A DNA stretch of 49,241 nt from Nemertoderma westbladi (taxonomy: Eukaryota; Animalia; Xenacoelomorpha): assembly GCA_032718475.1 (NCBI GenBank), contig JAUCBJ010008102.1:1-49241 (forward strand), read 5' to 3'. Shown one piece after another: positions 18,001-30,788 of this stretch (positions are counted from its first letter, which is position 1; every line of letters begins with the position of its first letter). Made by a program: the position numbers and the translations under genes. The notes below the pieces were generated by a model. It was not told where the DNA came from, made no database searches, and saw nothing but the letters and a program-made list of their open reading frames with translations.

Positions 18001-21000
18001 CTTTGGTTGTAAATATAACTTATATTACTTACCTTTGGTTGTAAATACAACTTATATAACTTACCTTTGGTTGTAAATGTAAATACAACTTATAAAACTT
18101 ACCTTTGGTTGTAAATACAACTTATATAACTTACCTTTGGTTGTAAATATAACTTATATTACTTACTTACCTTTGGTTGTAAATATAACTTATATAACTT
18201 TGGTTGTAAATACAACTTATATAACTTACCTTTGGTTGTAAATACAACTTATATAACTTACCTTTGGTTGTAAATACAACTTATATAACTTTGGTTGTAA
18301 ATACAACTTATATAACTTACCTTTGGTTGTAAATACAACTTATATAACTTTGGTTGTAAATACAACTTATATAACTTACCTTTAATTGTAAATACAACTT
18401 ATATAACTTACCTTTGGTTGTAAATACAACTTATATAACTTACCTTTGGTTGTAAATACAACTTATATAACTTACCTTTGGTTGTAAATATAACTTATAT
18501 AACTTACCTTTGGTTGTAAATACAACTTATATAACTTACCTTTGGTTGTAAATACAACTTATATAACTTACCTTTGGTTGTAAATATAACTTATATAACT
18601 TTGGTTGTAAATACAACTTATATAACTTACCTTTGGTTGTAAATACAACTTATATAACTTACCTTTGGTTGTAAATACAACTTATATAACTTTGGTTGTA
18701 AATACAACTTATATAACTTACCTTTGGTTGTAAATACAACTTATATAACTTTGGTTGTAAATACAACTTATATAACTTACCTTTGGTTGTAAATATGACT
18801 TATATAACTTACCTTTGGTTGTAAATACAACTTATATAACTTACCTTTGGTTGTAAATATAACTTATATAACTTACCTTTGGTTGTAAATACAACTTATA
18901 TAACTTACCTTTGGTTGTAAATACAACTTATATAACTTACCTTTGGTTGTAAATACAACTTATATAACTTACCTTTGGTTGTAAATACAACTTATATAAC
19001 TTACCTTTGGTTGTAAATATAACTTATATAACTTTGGTTGTAAATACAACTTATATAACTTACCTTTGGTTGTAAATACAACTTATATAACTTACCTTTG
19101 GTTGTAAATACAACTTATATAACTTTGGTTGTAAATACAACTTATATAACTTACCTTTGGTTGTAAATACAACTTATATAACTTTGGTTGTAAATACAAC
19201 TTATATAACTTACCTTTGGTTGTAAATATGACTTATATAACTTACCTTTGGTTGTAAATACAACTTATATAACTTACCTTTGGTTGTAAATACAACTTAT
19301 ATAACTTACCTTTGGTTGTAAATATAACTTATATAACTTTGGTTGTAAATACAACTTATATAACTTACCTTTGGTTGTAAATACAACTTATATAACTTTG
19401 GTTGTAAATACAACTCATATAACTTACCTTTGGTTGTAAATATAACTTATATAACTTACCTTTGGTTGTAAATACAACTCATATAACTTACCTTTGGTTG
19501 TAAATATAACTTATATTACTTACCTTTGGTTGTAAATACAACTTATATAACTTACCTTTGGTTGTAAATATGACTTATATAACTTACCTTTGGTTGTAAA
19601 TATGACTTATATAACTTACCTTTGGTTGTAAATATAACTTATATAACTTACCTTTGGTTGTAAATACAACTCATATAACTTACCTTTGGTTGTAAATACA
19701 ACTTATATAACTTACCTTTGGTTGTAAATACAACTTATATAACTTACCTTTGGTTGTAAATATAACTTATATAACTTACCTTTGGTTGTAAATATAACTT
19801 ATATAACTTACCTTTGGTTGTAAATACAACTTATATAACTTACCTTTGGTTGTAAATACAACTTATATAACTTACCTTTGGTTGTAAATACAACTCATAT
19901 AACTTACCTTTGGTTGTAAATACAACTTATATAACTTACCTTTGGTTGTAAATACAACTTATATAACTTACCTTTGGTTGTAAATATAACTTATATAACT
20001 TACCTTTGGTTGTAAATATAACTTATATAACTTACCTTTGGTTGTAAATACAACTCATATAACTTACCTTTGGTTGTAAATACAACTCATATAACTTACC
20101 TTTGGTTGTAAATACAACTTATATAACTTACCTTTGGTTGTAAATATAACTTATATAACTTACCTTTGGTTGTAAATATAACTTATATAACTTACCTTTG
20201 GTTGTAAATACAACTTATATAACTTACCTTTGGTTGTAAATATGACTTATATAACTTACCTTTGGTTGTAAATACAACTTATATAACTTACCTTTGGTTG
20301 TAAATACAACTCATATAACTTACCTTTGGTTGTAAATACAACTTATATAACTTACCTTTGGTTGTAAATATAACTTATATAACTTACCTTTGGTTGTAAA
20401 TATAACTTATATAACTTACCTTTGGTTGTAAATACAACTTATATAACTTACCTTTGGTTGTAAATATAACTTATATAACTTACCTTTGGTTGTAAATACA
20501 ACTTATATAACTTACCTTTGGTTGTAAATATGACTTATATAACTTACCTTTGGTTGTAACTTGTAAATATGACTTATATAACTTACCTTTGGTTGTAACT
20601 TGTAAATATGACTTATATAACTTACCTTTGGTTGTAAATATAACTTATATAACTTACCTTTGGTTGTAAATACAACTCATATAACTTACCTTTGGTTGTA
20701 AATACAACTTATATAACTTACCTTTGGTTGTAAATACAACTTATATACCGGTAACTTACCTTTGGTTGTAAATATAACTTATATAACTTACCTTTGGTTG
20801 TAAATATAACTTATATAACTTACCTTTGGTTGTAAATACAACTCATATAACTTACCTTTGGTTGTAAATATAACTTATATTACTTACCTTTGGTTGTAAA
20901 TACAACTTATATAACTTACCTTTGGTTGTAAATATGACTTATATAACTTACCTTTGGTTGTAAATATGACTTATATAACTTACCTTTGGTTGTAAATATG

Positions 21001-24000
21001 ACTTATATAACTTACCTTTGGTTGTAAATACAACTTATATAACTTACCTTTGGTTGTAAATATAACTTATATTACTTACCTTTGGTTGTAAATACAACTT
21101 ATATAACTTACCTTTGGTTGTAAATGTAAATACAACTTATAAAACTTACCTTTGGTTGTAAATACAACTTATATAACTTACCTTTGGTTGTAAATATAAC
21201 TTATATTACTTACCTTTGGTTGTAAATACAACTTATATAACTTACCTTTGGTTGTAAATATGACTTATATAACTTACCTTTGGTTGTAAATATGACTTAT
21301 ATAACTTACCTTTGGTTGTAAATATGACTTATATAACTTACCTTTGGTTGTAAATACAACTTATATAACTTACCTTTGGTTGTAAATATAACTTATATTA
21401 CTTACCTTTGGTTGTAAATACAACTTATATAACTTACCTTTGGTTGTAAATGTAAATACAACTTATAAAACTTACCTTTGGTTGTAAATACAACTTATAT
21501 AACTTACCTTTGGTTGTAAATATGACTTATATAACTTACCTTTGGTTGTAAATATAACTTATATTACTTACCTTTGGTTGTAAATACAACTTATATAACT
21601 TACCTTTGGTTGTAAATGTAAATACAACTTATAAAACTTACCTTTGGTTGTAAATACAACTTATATAACTTACCTTTGGTTGTAAATATGACTTATATAA
21701 CTTACCTTTGGTTGTAAATATAACTTATATAACTTACCTTTGGTTGTAAATACAACTTATATAACTTACCTTTGGTTGTAAATATGACTTATATAACTTA
21801 CCTTTGGTTGTAAATACAACTTATATAACTTACCTTTGGTTGTAAATATAACTTATATTACTTACCTTTGGTTGTAAATACAACTTATATAACTTACCTT
21901 TGGTTGTAAATGTAAATACAACTTATAAAACTTACCTTTGGTTGTAAATACAACTTATACAACTTACCTTTGGTTGTAAATATAACTTATATAACTTTGG
22001 TTGTAAATACAACTTATATAACTTACCTTTGGTTGTAAATACAACTTATATAACTTACCTTTGGTTGTAAATACAACTTATATAACTTTGGTTGTAAATA
22101 CAACTTATATAACTTACCTTTGGTTGTAAATACAACTTATATAACTTACCTTTGGTTGTAAATACAACTTATATAACTTTGGTTGTAAATACAACTTATA
22201 TAACTTACCTTTGGTTGTAAATACAACTTATATAACTTTGGTTGTAAATACAACTTATATAACTTACCTTTGGTTGTAAATATGACTTATATAACTTACC
22301 TTTGGTTGTAAATACAACTTATATAACTTACCTTTGGTTGTAAATATAACTTATATAACTTACCTTTGGTTGTAAATACAACTTATATAACTTACCTTTG
22401 GTTGTAAATACAACTTATATAACTTACCTTTGGTTGTAAATACAACTTATATAACTTACCTTTGGTTGTAAATACAACTTATATAACTTACCTTTGGTTG
22501 TAAATATAACTTATATAACTTTGGTTGTAAATACATCTTATATAACTTACCTTTGGTTGTAAATACAACTTATATAACTTACCTTTGGTTGTAAATACAA
22601 CTTATATAACTTTGGTTGTAAATACAACTTATATAACTTACCTTTGGTTGTAAATACAACTTATATAACTTACCTTTGGTTGTAAATATGACTTATATAA
22701 CTTACCTTTGGTTGTAAATACAACTTATATAACTTACCTTTGGTTGTAAATACAACTTATATAACTTACCTTTGGTTGTAAATATAACTTATATAACTTT
22801 GGTTGTAAATACAACTTATATAACTTACCTTTGGTTGTAAATACAACTTATATAACTTACCTTTGGTTGTAAATACAACTTATATAACTTTGGTTGTAAA
22901 TATGACTTATATAACTTACCTTTGGTTGTAAATATGACTTATATAACTTACCTTTGGTTGTAAATATGACTTATATAACTTACCTTTGGTTGTAAATACA
23001 ACTTATATAACTTACCTTTGGTTGTAAATACAACTTATATAACTTACCTTTGGTTGTAAATACAACTTATATAACTTACCTTTGGTTGTAAATATAACTT
23101 ATATAACTTACCTTTGGTTGTAAATACAACTTATATAACTTACCTTTGTCCTTTGGTTGTAAATACAACTTATATAACTTACCTTTGGTTGTAAATATAA
23201 CTTATATAACTTACCTTTGGTTGTAAATACAACTTATATAACTTACCTTTGGTTGTAAATACAACTTATATAACTTACCTTTGGTTGTAAATATAACTTA
23301 TATAACTTACCTTTGGTTGTAAATACAACTTATATAACTTACCTTTGGTTGTAAATATGACTTATATAACTTACCTTTGGTTGTAAATATGACTTATATA
23401 ACTTACCTTTGGTTGTAAATACAACTTATATAACTTACCTTTGGTTGTAAATATAACTTATATAACTTTGGTTGTAAATACAACTTATATAACTTACCTT
23501 TGGTTGTAAATACAACTTATATAACTTTGGTTGTAAATACAACTTATATAACTTACCTTTGGTTGTAAATACAACTTATATAACTTTGGTTGTAAATACA
23601 ACTTATATAACTTACCTTTGGTTGTAAATATGACTTATATAACTTACCTTTGGTTGTAAATATGACTTATATAACTTACCTTTGGTTGTAAATACAACTT
23701 ATATAACTTACCTTTGGTTGTAAATATAACTTATATAACTTTGGTTGTAAATACAACTTATATAACTTACCTTTGGTTGTAAATACAACTTATATAACTT
23801 TGGTTGTAAATACAACTTATATAACTTACCTTTGGTTGTAAATACAACTTATATAACTTACCTTTGGTTGTAAATATGACTTATATAACTTACCTTTGGT
23901 TGTAAATACAACTTATATAACTTACCTTTGGTTGTAAATACAACTTATATAACTTACCTTTGGTTGTAAATATAACTTATATAACTTTGGTTGTAAATAC

Positions 24001-25240
24001 AACTTATATAACTTACCTTTGGTTGTAAATACAACTTATATAACTTACCTTTGGTTGTAAATACAACTTATATAACTTACCTTTGGTTGTAAATATGACT
24101 TATATAACTTACCTTTGGTTGTAAATACAACTTATATAACTTACCTTTGGTTGTAAATACAACTTATATAACTTACCTTTGGTTGTAAATATAACTTATA
24201 TAACTTTGGTTGTAAATACAACTTATATAACTTACCTTTGGTTGTAAATACAACTTATATAACTTTGGTTGTAAATACAACTTATATAACTTACCTTTGG
24301 TTGTAAATACAACTTATATAACTTACCTTTGGTTGTAAATATGACTTATATAACTTACCTTTGGTTGTAAATACAACTTATATAACTTACCTTTGGTTGT
24401 AAATACAACTTATATAACTTACCTTTGGTTGTAAATATAACTTATATAACTTTGGTTGTAAATACAACTTATATAACTTACCTTTGGTTGTAAATACAAC
24501 TTATATAACTTACCTTTGGTTGTAAATACAACTTATATAACTTACCTTTGGTTGTAAATATGACTTATATAACTTACCTTTGGTTGTAAATACAACTTAT
24601 ATAACTTACCTTTGGTTGTAAATACAACTTATATAACTTACCTTTGGTTGTAAATATAACTTATATAACTTTGGTTGTAAATACAACTTATATAACTTAC
24701 CTTTGGTTGTAAATACAACTTATATAACTTACCTTTGGTTGTAAATACAACTTATATAACTTTGGTTGTAAATACAACTTATATAACTTACCTTTGGTTG
24801 TAAATATAACTTATATAACTTACCTTTGGTTGTAAATACAACTTATATAACTTTGGTTGTAAATACAACTTATATAACTTACCTTTGGTTGTAAATACAA
24901 CTTATATAACTTACCTTTGGTTGTAAATACAACTTATATAACTTACCTTTGGTTGTAAATATAACTTATATAACTTACCTTTGGTTGTAAATACAACTTA
25001 TATAACTTACCTTTGGTTGTAAATACAACTTATATAACTTACCTTTGGTTGTAAATATGACTTATATAACTTACCTTTGGTTGTAAATATGACTTATATA
25101 ACTTACCTTTGGTTGTAAATACAACTTATATAACTTACCTTTGGTTGTAAATATAACTTATATAACTTACCTTTGGTTGTAAATACAACTTATATAACTT
25201 ACCTTTGGTTGTAAATATAACTTATATAACTTACCCTTGG
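1..25240. repeat. 32-bp tandem satellite, consensus AAATACAACTTATATAACTTACCTTTGGTTGT, about 790 copies, running off the left edge of the window
   Basis: Directly visible periodicity. Recurrent variants include TACAA/TATAA/TATGA, CTCATA, a 27-bp unit lacking ACCTT, and a CCGGTA insertion. The array ends at ...AACTTACCCTTGG (25240). Confidence 0.99.
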
Positions 25241-25328
25241 GACGCGGTTGGCTCTATAGACTGGTCTGTAGAACTTATATTTAGCATCGAACTCGAGTTA
25301 AGTAGCGAAGGAACCAAGGTTGGAGAAT
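25235..25328 (-). CDS. Coding exon 3 (94 bp) of an uncharacterised Ser/Pro/Thr-rich protein: (D)SPTLVPSLLNSSSMLNISSTDQSIEPTASQG
   Basis: Acceptor TATTTGTTACAG| with AG at 25330-25329; donor CCAAGG|GTAAGT with GT starting at 25234. Open in phase 1, matching the phase-1 end of exon 2. If unspliced, the frame ends at once in GGG TAA. Confidence 0.75.
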
Positions 25329-25513
25329 CTGTAACAAATACACCGAGAGCGGTGGAAAATAGGCTGAGAAGGTAAAATATACAACGATACCGGTTGAATT
25401 TCTACTTAAGTTAGAAAATATTATAAAGAAAAAGTAAAAAGAGAACAAATAGTTTCCCTAAAATCCAAATAATTTAATACGGTATACCGAAAATCTCCGT
25501 CAATTACAATTAC

Positions 25514-25932
25514 CTTGAGTAGACGAGGTGGATTGATCCAGGAGCGGGTTGGCTTGGTAATTATGCGACAGATCGAACATAGAGGTACCGGTAGAGGCGA
25601 CGTCTTCTAAATCCCGCAACATAAACTGCACAGAATCACCGGCTGGCGGTTCAGTAATAGAGGCCTCGGTAAAAGGATCAGCTGATACCGGACAGGCCGA
25701 CTGTTCCAACTCCAGTTTCATTTCGGAATCCTCCGAGGGGTTTTCGAGTTTAATTTCGGGAAGCGCGTCGGTTGGAGTGACGGATTGGGTGGTTAAGTTG
25801 TCGGAGTTTGGGAGTTGGAAGGACGTGGTTGGCGGTTGAGTCGATGGCATTGTGGCTCCGGGAGGAATCGGGGGCCTCCGACCTCGACTAGCTAATCGAC
25901 TCAATGATTGGGCCATTCCTCTACGGTGGAAT
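25514..25932 (-). CDS. Coding exon 2 (419 bp) of the same gene; low-complexity sequence with SUMO-like motifs IKLE and MKLE
   Basis: ORF 25500..25916 extended to acceptor TTCTCATATAG|ATTCCAC; donor ACTCAAG|GTAATT with GT starting at 25513. Phase 2 in, phase 1 out, both consistent with the neighbouring exons. Confidence 0.8.
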
Positions 25933-26076
25933 CTATATGAGAATAAATGGATTGATTTTATGTGAAATTATGTGAGAAATACAGGACACTACTGGGGTAA
26001 GGGGTACGGTACATGATACTACTACCAAAGGCAGTTACCGGTAGGCGGTAGCTGATTATGAATGGTTTAGGCCTAC

Positions 26077-26561
26077 CTCGCTCTGCCTCTGTTGTTCGAT
26101 TCAGGAACAGGAATAGAATTCCCTTGTCTCGCATTCGATGAATAATTCCCTTGGGATTGGTTTGCAAAGGACAGTCTGCTATTGGCTAGTCGTGACGTCA
26201 TAGGGGAATCAACGATTGGTTCACTCGCTACCGGTATACTATCTGATGGCGGGGAAATAAACGAGAGATTAGGCAGCCCACTGCCGTCATACAGCCGTTC
26301 CCCGCTGTAATCCGTTCCATCGCGGGAACCAACAGCTGTTGAATCCGGGTTCCCAATGAGTTTCTCCAGCCACGAGGTGATCTCCACCGCGGTGCAGTTG
26401 GTCGTCACATAGTCCTCGAGAAAAGTCCCGTCGTTACGTAAATACTCGCCGAGAAACGAACGCATAAACGTGCTATTGGCCAGACAGATGTTAATGAAAG
26501 AAGATTTGTCGATGACGAACGCTGAAGATATATCGATCGGAATAACGGGACCTTGTTCCAT
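26077..26561 (-). CDS. First coding exon (485 bp, MEQGPVIPIDISS...) of the same gene
   Basis: ORF 26073..26561 reaches donor GCGAG|GTAGGC just before its stop. Its phase-2 end joins exon 2 to make AGA (Arg). No domain recognised. Confidence 0.75.
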
Positions 26562-26620
26562 TTAAATCGAGTACAGTACCGATACAGCGGCAGAGCGGTA
26601 CGGTATACAGGTATGTATAT

Positions 26621-29104
26621 TAGGGTGGTCCTTATTTCAATGTAAAATTTAAAAGTTGTGGAAATTCTCCTCTGACCCCCCCAAGTCCTTTCTTCTGATA
26701 AAAAAACACCTTGAGTAAAATTTGAGCACAAATGATATATATTTAGAGGTAGCTCAAACACCCTGAAGTTGAGCGGTTGGACACCATTTGATCGCGCGCG
26801 CAGAATATAATGGAGTTTGCTGATATGAAGGCTTCTATTTGTTGTACAGAGTTAATTTTAGGCTTATTTGAACCGCAGTCATCGATTTAGTGGGTGTAGA
26901 TATCTTCAAAACAAGTGCTAAGCTAGTAGTTCTTGAGATATCACACAAAAGCTTAAGCCCGGCACAACTCATCAATCGATCATTCAATTGATTGCGCCTA
27001 GGTCATATAGAAATATTGGCATTAACATTTTGTAGGTCTACCTCCCTCCATCTTATTTCAGTTAATTTCTATTTTAGCATTGTCTACTAACCATTCAAAG
27101 CTATGTTTAGTTAAAAAAAATTTATCACAACCCCATGGGAAATGCTTGCACAAGCATCACTAATTTGTGTCTAAGCGCCATTTGGTACGATATCAATAAT
27201 TGGCCACAAAACTTAACTTTTGGTTAATTATATCTAGGAACTGTTCGTTTAATTTGATTTTGACTGATTTTAAGTTGCAGAATCCAAAAATCTCATCTGA
27301 TTTGAATTTTAAAATATATATATACAATATAAAATATATACAACAATACTATACTGTACTTCAAAGCATATTAAAAGGATTGATAGATACAGAGTTATGT
27401 GCATCCAGCGACCAAAAGAGTTCTAATATATATGGGAAGAAGCTTTGAACATATGCATTATATATGATTAGACAATGCTGATTCCAAATCTGATTTCAGA
27501 TTTGCCCTACCCCATCACGTTTTCTCACAATTGCCAATTTCAATTCAAAAAACTTATCGCAAACGACTATGATGAGTGATGTAGATTCAAATGAGAATCA
27601 AATATGCTCAAAATCAATCTAAAACATTGAAAGGAGCTTTGTTCATATGAATTATATATAATTAAACAATGGTGATTCCAAATCTGCTTTCAGATTTGCC
27701 ATGCTGCCATAGCATATCAAGTTTTTTCACAATTGCCAATTTGAGTTCAAATTAGTTATCGCAAACAACTGTGATGAGTGAAGTAGATTCAATAATAATC
27801 AAATATGCTCCAAATCAATATAAAACATGAAAAAAGCTTTGTTAATTTGAGTTATATATTAAACAATGCAATCTATATGGTGAATCTGCTATCAGATTTA
27901 CCATAGCATATGTTGTAGATTGATTTGGGGGTGTATTTTATTCTTATTGAATCTACTTTCACTCAAAATAATTGTTTGCGATAAGTAATTTGAACTTAAA
28001 TTGGCAATTGTAAAAAAAAACTTAATATCCTATGGCAGTATGGCAAATATGAAAGCAGATTTGGAATCAGCATTGTTTAAAAATATATAATTCATATAAA
28101 CAAAGCTCCATTCAATGTTTTGGTTTGATTTTGAGCATATTTGATTCTCATTTGAATCTACGCCACTCATCACAGTCGTTTGCAATAAGTTTTTGAACTC
28201 AAAGTGGCAATTGTGAAAAAACTTGATGTGGTAGGGCAAATCTGAAATCAGATTTGGAATCAGCATTGCCTAATTATGTATAATACATATGTGCAAAGCT
28301 TCTTCCCATATATATTAGAACTCTTTTGCTCGCTGGATTCACATATCTCTGCATCTATCAATCCTTATCTTAAAATGCTTTGAAGTACAGTATAGTATTG
28401 TTGTATATCATGCACCATATCATTTTAAAATACAAATCAGATGCGATGTTTGGGTTCTGCATTTAAAATCAGTCAAAATCAAATTAAACGAACAGTTCCT
28501 AGATATAATTAACCAAAAGTTAAGTTTTGTGGCCAATTATTGATATCGTACCAAATGGCGCTTAGACACAAATTAGTGATGCTTGTTTGTGCAAGCATTT
28601 CCCATGGGGTTGTGATGAATTTTTTTTACTAAACATAGCTTTGAATTGTTATACAATGCTAAAATCGAGATTAACTGAAATAAGATTCAGGGAGGTAGAC
28701 CTACAAAATGTTAATGCCAATATTTCAATATGCCCTTGGCGTAATCAATTAAATGATCAATTGATGAGTTGTGCCAGGCTTAAGCTTTTGTGTGATATCT
28801 CAAGAACTACTAGCTTAGCTCTTGTTTTGAAGGTATCTACACCCACTAAATCGATGATTGCGGTTCAAATAAGCCTAAAATTAACTCTGTACGGCCAACA
28901 GAAGCCTTCATATCAGCAAACTCTATTAAATTCTTCGCGCGCGATCAATCGGTGTGCAGGCACTCAACTTCAGTGTATTTGAGCTACCTCTAATATTTGA
29001 TGTACATTCTTAAAATTTCGCATGTCGTATTTTTTGACGAAATGGAAACATTTGAGGGGGTCAGAGATGATAAATTCCAACCTTTCAAAATAAGGACCAC
29101 CCTA
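26621..29104. mobile_element. Non-autonomous hAT-type DNA transposon forming an almost complete 2.5-kb palindrome (foldback)
   Basis: Termini TAGGGTGGTCCTTATTT / AAATAAGGACCACCCTA; 8-bp TSD ATGTATAT at 26613-26620 and 29105-29112. Arms of ~1.2 kb are inverted about ~27830-27910. No transposase ORF. Confidence 0.9.
27470..28270. repeat. ~200-bp internal subrepeats at the centre of the palindromic element, tandem within each arm
   Basis: ACAATG(C/G)TGATTCCAAATCTG..CAATTGCCAATTT..GTAGATTCAA recurs at ~27472 and ~27666, partially at ~27863, and in inverted form at 27910-28270. Confidence 0.8.
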
Positions 29105-29403
29105 ATGTATATGACACTAACTGCTAACTGACTAACGACAGTTCAACTGTACAAATGCGCTTTACTGCTGTACTGTGGGACCTTGTTCCATTTAAATCGT
29201 GTACAGTACCGGTGTAACTGTGTAACAGGAAAATATGCCCCCCCGGGAAATGTGCCCGGGGGGCATATTTTCCTAGGAAAAAATGCCCCCCCGGGCAAAT
29301 TTCCCTAGGAAAAAATGCCCCCCCTTAGGAAATTACGCCCCCCCTGAATTATACAATAAACAAAACTTATTAGGCCTACTACTAAAACTTACAAAAATTA
29401 TAC

Positions 29404-29734
29404 AAAACAATAAACAGTCACTTTACCAAACTGCCAAATGAAGGAAAGGAGCAGGTTACAGAGGCAGGCCTTTCTAACCAAAACAATAAACGATCATTTA
29501 ACTAATTGAGGGAAAGGAGCACGTTACAGAGGCGGGATTTTCTAACCAAAACAATAAACAGTCACTTTAGCAAATCAGGGAAAGGGGCAGGTTACAGAGA
29601 TGGGATTTTCTAACCAAAACAATAAACGATAACATTACCAATTGAGAGAAAGGAGCAGGTTACAGAGGCGGGATTTTCTAACCAAAACAATAAACAATCA
29701 CTTTACCAAATCAGGGAAAGGAGCAGGTTACAGA
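29404..29734. repeat. ~68-bp minisatellite, 5 copies with alternating subtypes, inside the Ginger-like element
   Basis: AAAACAATAAAC...GAAAGGAGCAGGTTACAGAG starts at 29404, 29480, 29548, 29616 and 29684. Confidence 0.9.
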
Positions 29735-30113
29735 CTTAAAAAGGCTTGGAGCTGCTCGGCGCCCACACAACACCACACACTCGCACTGCTGTTATACCAG
29801 TACTTACTACAGTAGCCTACTGACTTAGATACTTCAGTATGCTGTTCTACATCCCTTACTGCCTTACCTGCTTACCTACCGGCAGACCGGTACCGTACTA
29901 TTCTTCCAACTATTACAAGTTCTGCAGTTGGTAGATTAAAAGTGGCTACTAGCAGACCGGTATCGTACCAGTTTTCAGACTTTTGAGGGGGGCTAATTTT
30001 CCTGAGGGGAGGCATTATTTCCTAAGGAGAAAATGCCCCCCCGGGCTAAATTTCCTAGGAAAAATTGCCCGGGGGGACATAATATCCTAGGAAATAATGC
30101 CCCGGGGGGCATA

Positions 30114-30788
30114 GACAGTGTCATGTTCAACCCCCATCCCACACTACAGATCGGCCCACTACAATCTGACCTAGATATATTATACTCGTGGAGTGTAGCT
30201 TGGCAACTTTGTTTCAACATTAAAAAATGCAAAGTAATGCATATTGGCCATAATAACCCCGAGTTCCCTTACCATCTCGGCGAATCAGTGCTATCAGTGT
30301 CAGGGTGGGAGAAAGACTTGGGGGTGACCTTCCAAAACACCCTCACATTCGGGAAACACATTGCCACCATCGCAAAGAAAGCCAATGGAATAACTGGCCT
30401 TATTGCTCGAACCTTTAAACATCTGGACAGTGTCACGCTAGTCAACTTATTCAAAGCCCTCGTGAGACCAATTCTAGAATATGCATCCCCAGTATGGTCG
30501 CCACACCGTGTAAATGAAATACGACTTTTGGAATCTGTCCAACGTCGGGTGACCAGACTATTTCCCAATCTCCGTAACTTAGCCTATCCGGAAAGATTAA
30601 AGCGACTAGGTCTCCCGACCCTTGAGTATCGCCGTTATCGCGCCGACCTGATCCAGGTGTACCGTTACCTTGCGGGTATCGACAACGCTGACTGCAGCAT
30701 GTTCGAACTTTCCACGACTGGTCTACGCGGCCACTCATTCAAATCCAGAAACCCCGTGCTCGGCTGCTGCAGAGAAACACGACATTCC
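30114..30788 (+). mobile_element. CR1-type LINE, 5'-truncated, left part (RT C-terminal region of ORF2)
   Basis: Starts DSVMF (probably the second D of YADD), then LQSDLD..W...WQLCFNIKKCKVMHIG, EKDLGV, LFKALVRPILEYASPVWSP, LESVQRR, LEYRR.R.DLI, LRGHS. One frameshift near 30742. Confidence 0.92.

Noticed and set aside
1-25240. CRISPR array (32-bp repeat with an internal palindrome)
   Set aside because: Units are head-to-tail with no unique spacers, there are no cas genes, and the context is eukaryotic.
26620-26625. Telomeric TTAGGG seed
   Set aside because: A single hexamer formed by the TSD plus the TAGGG terminus of the hAT element.
27200-28982. ORFs inside the palindromic element as a transposase
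   Set aside because: Short, with no hAT DDE, BED or dimerisation motifs; they lie in the inverted arms.
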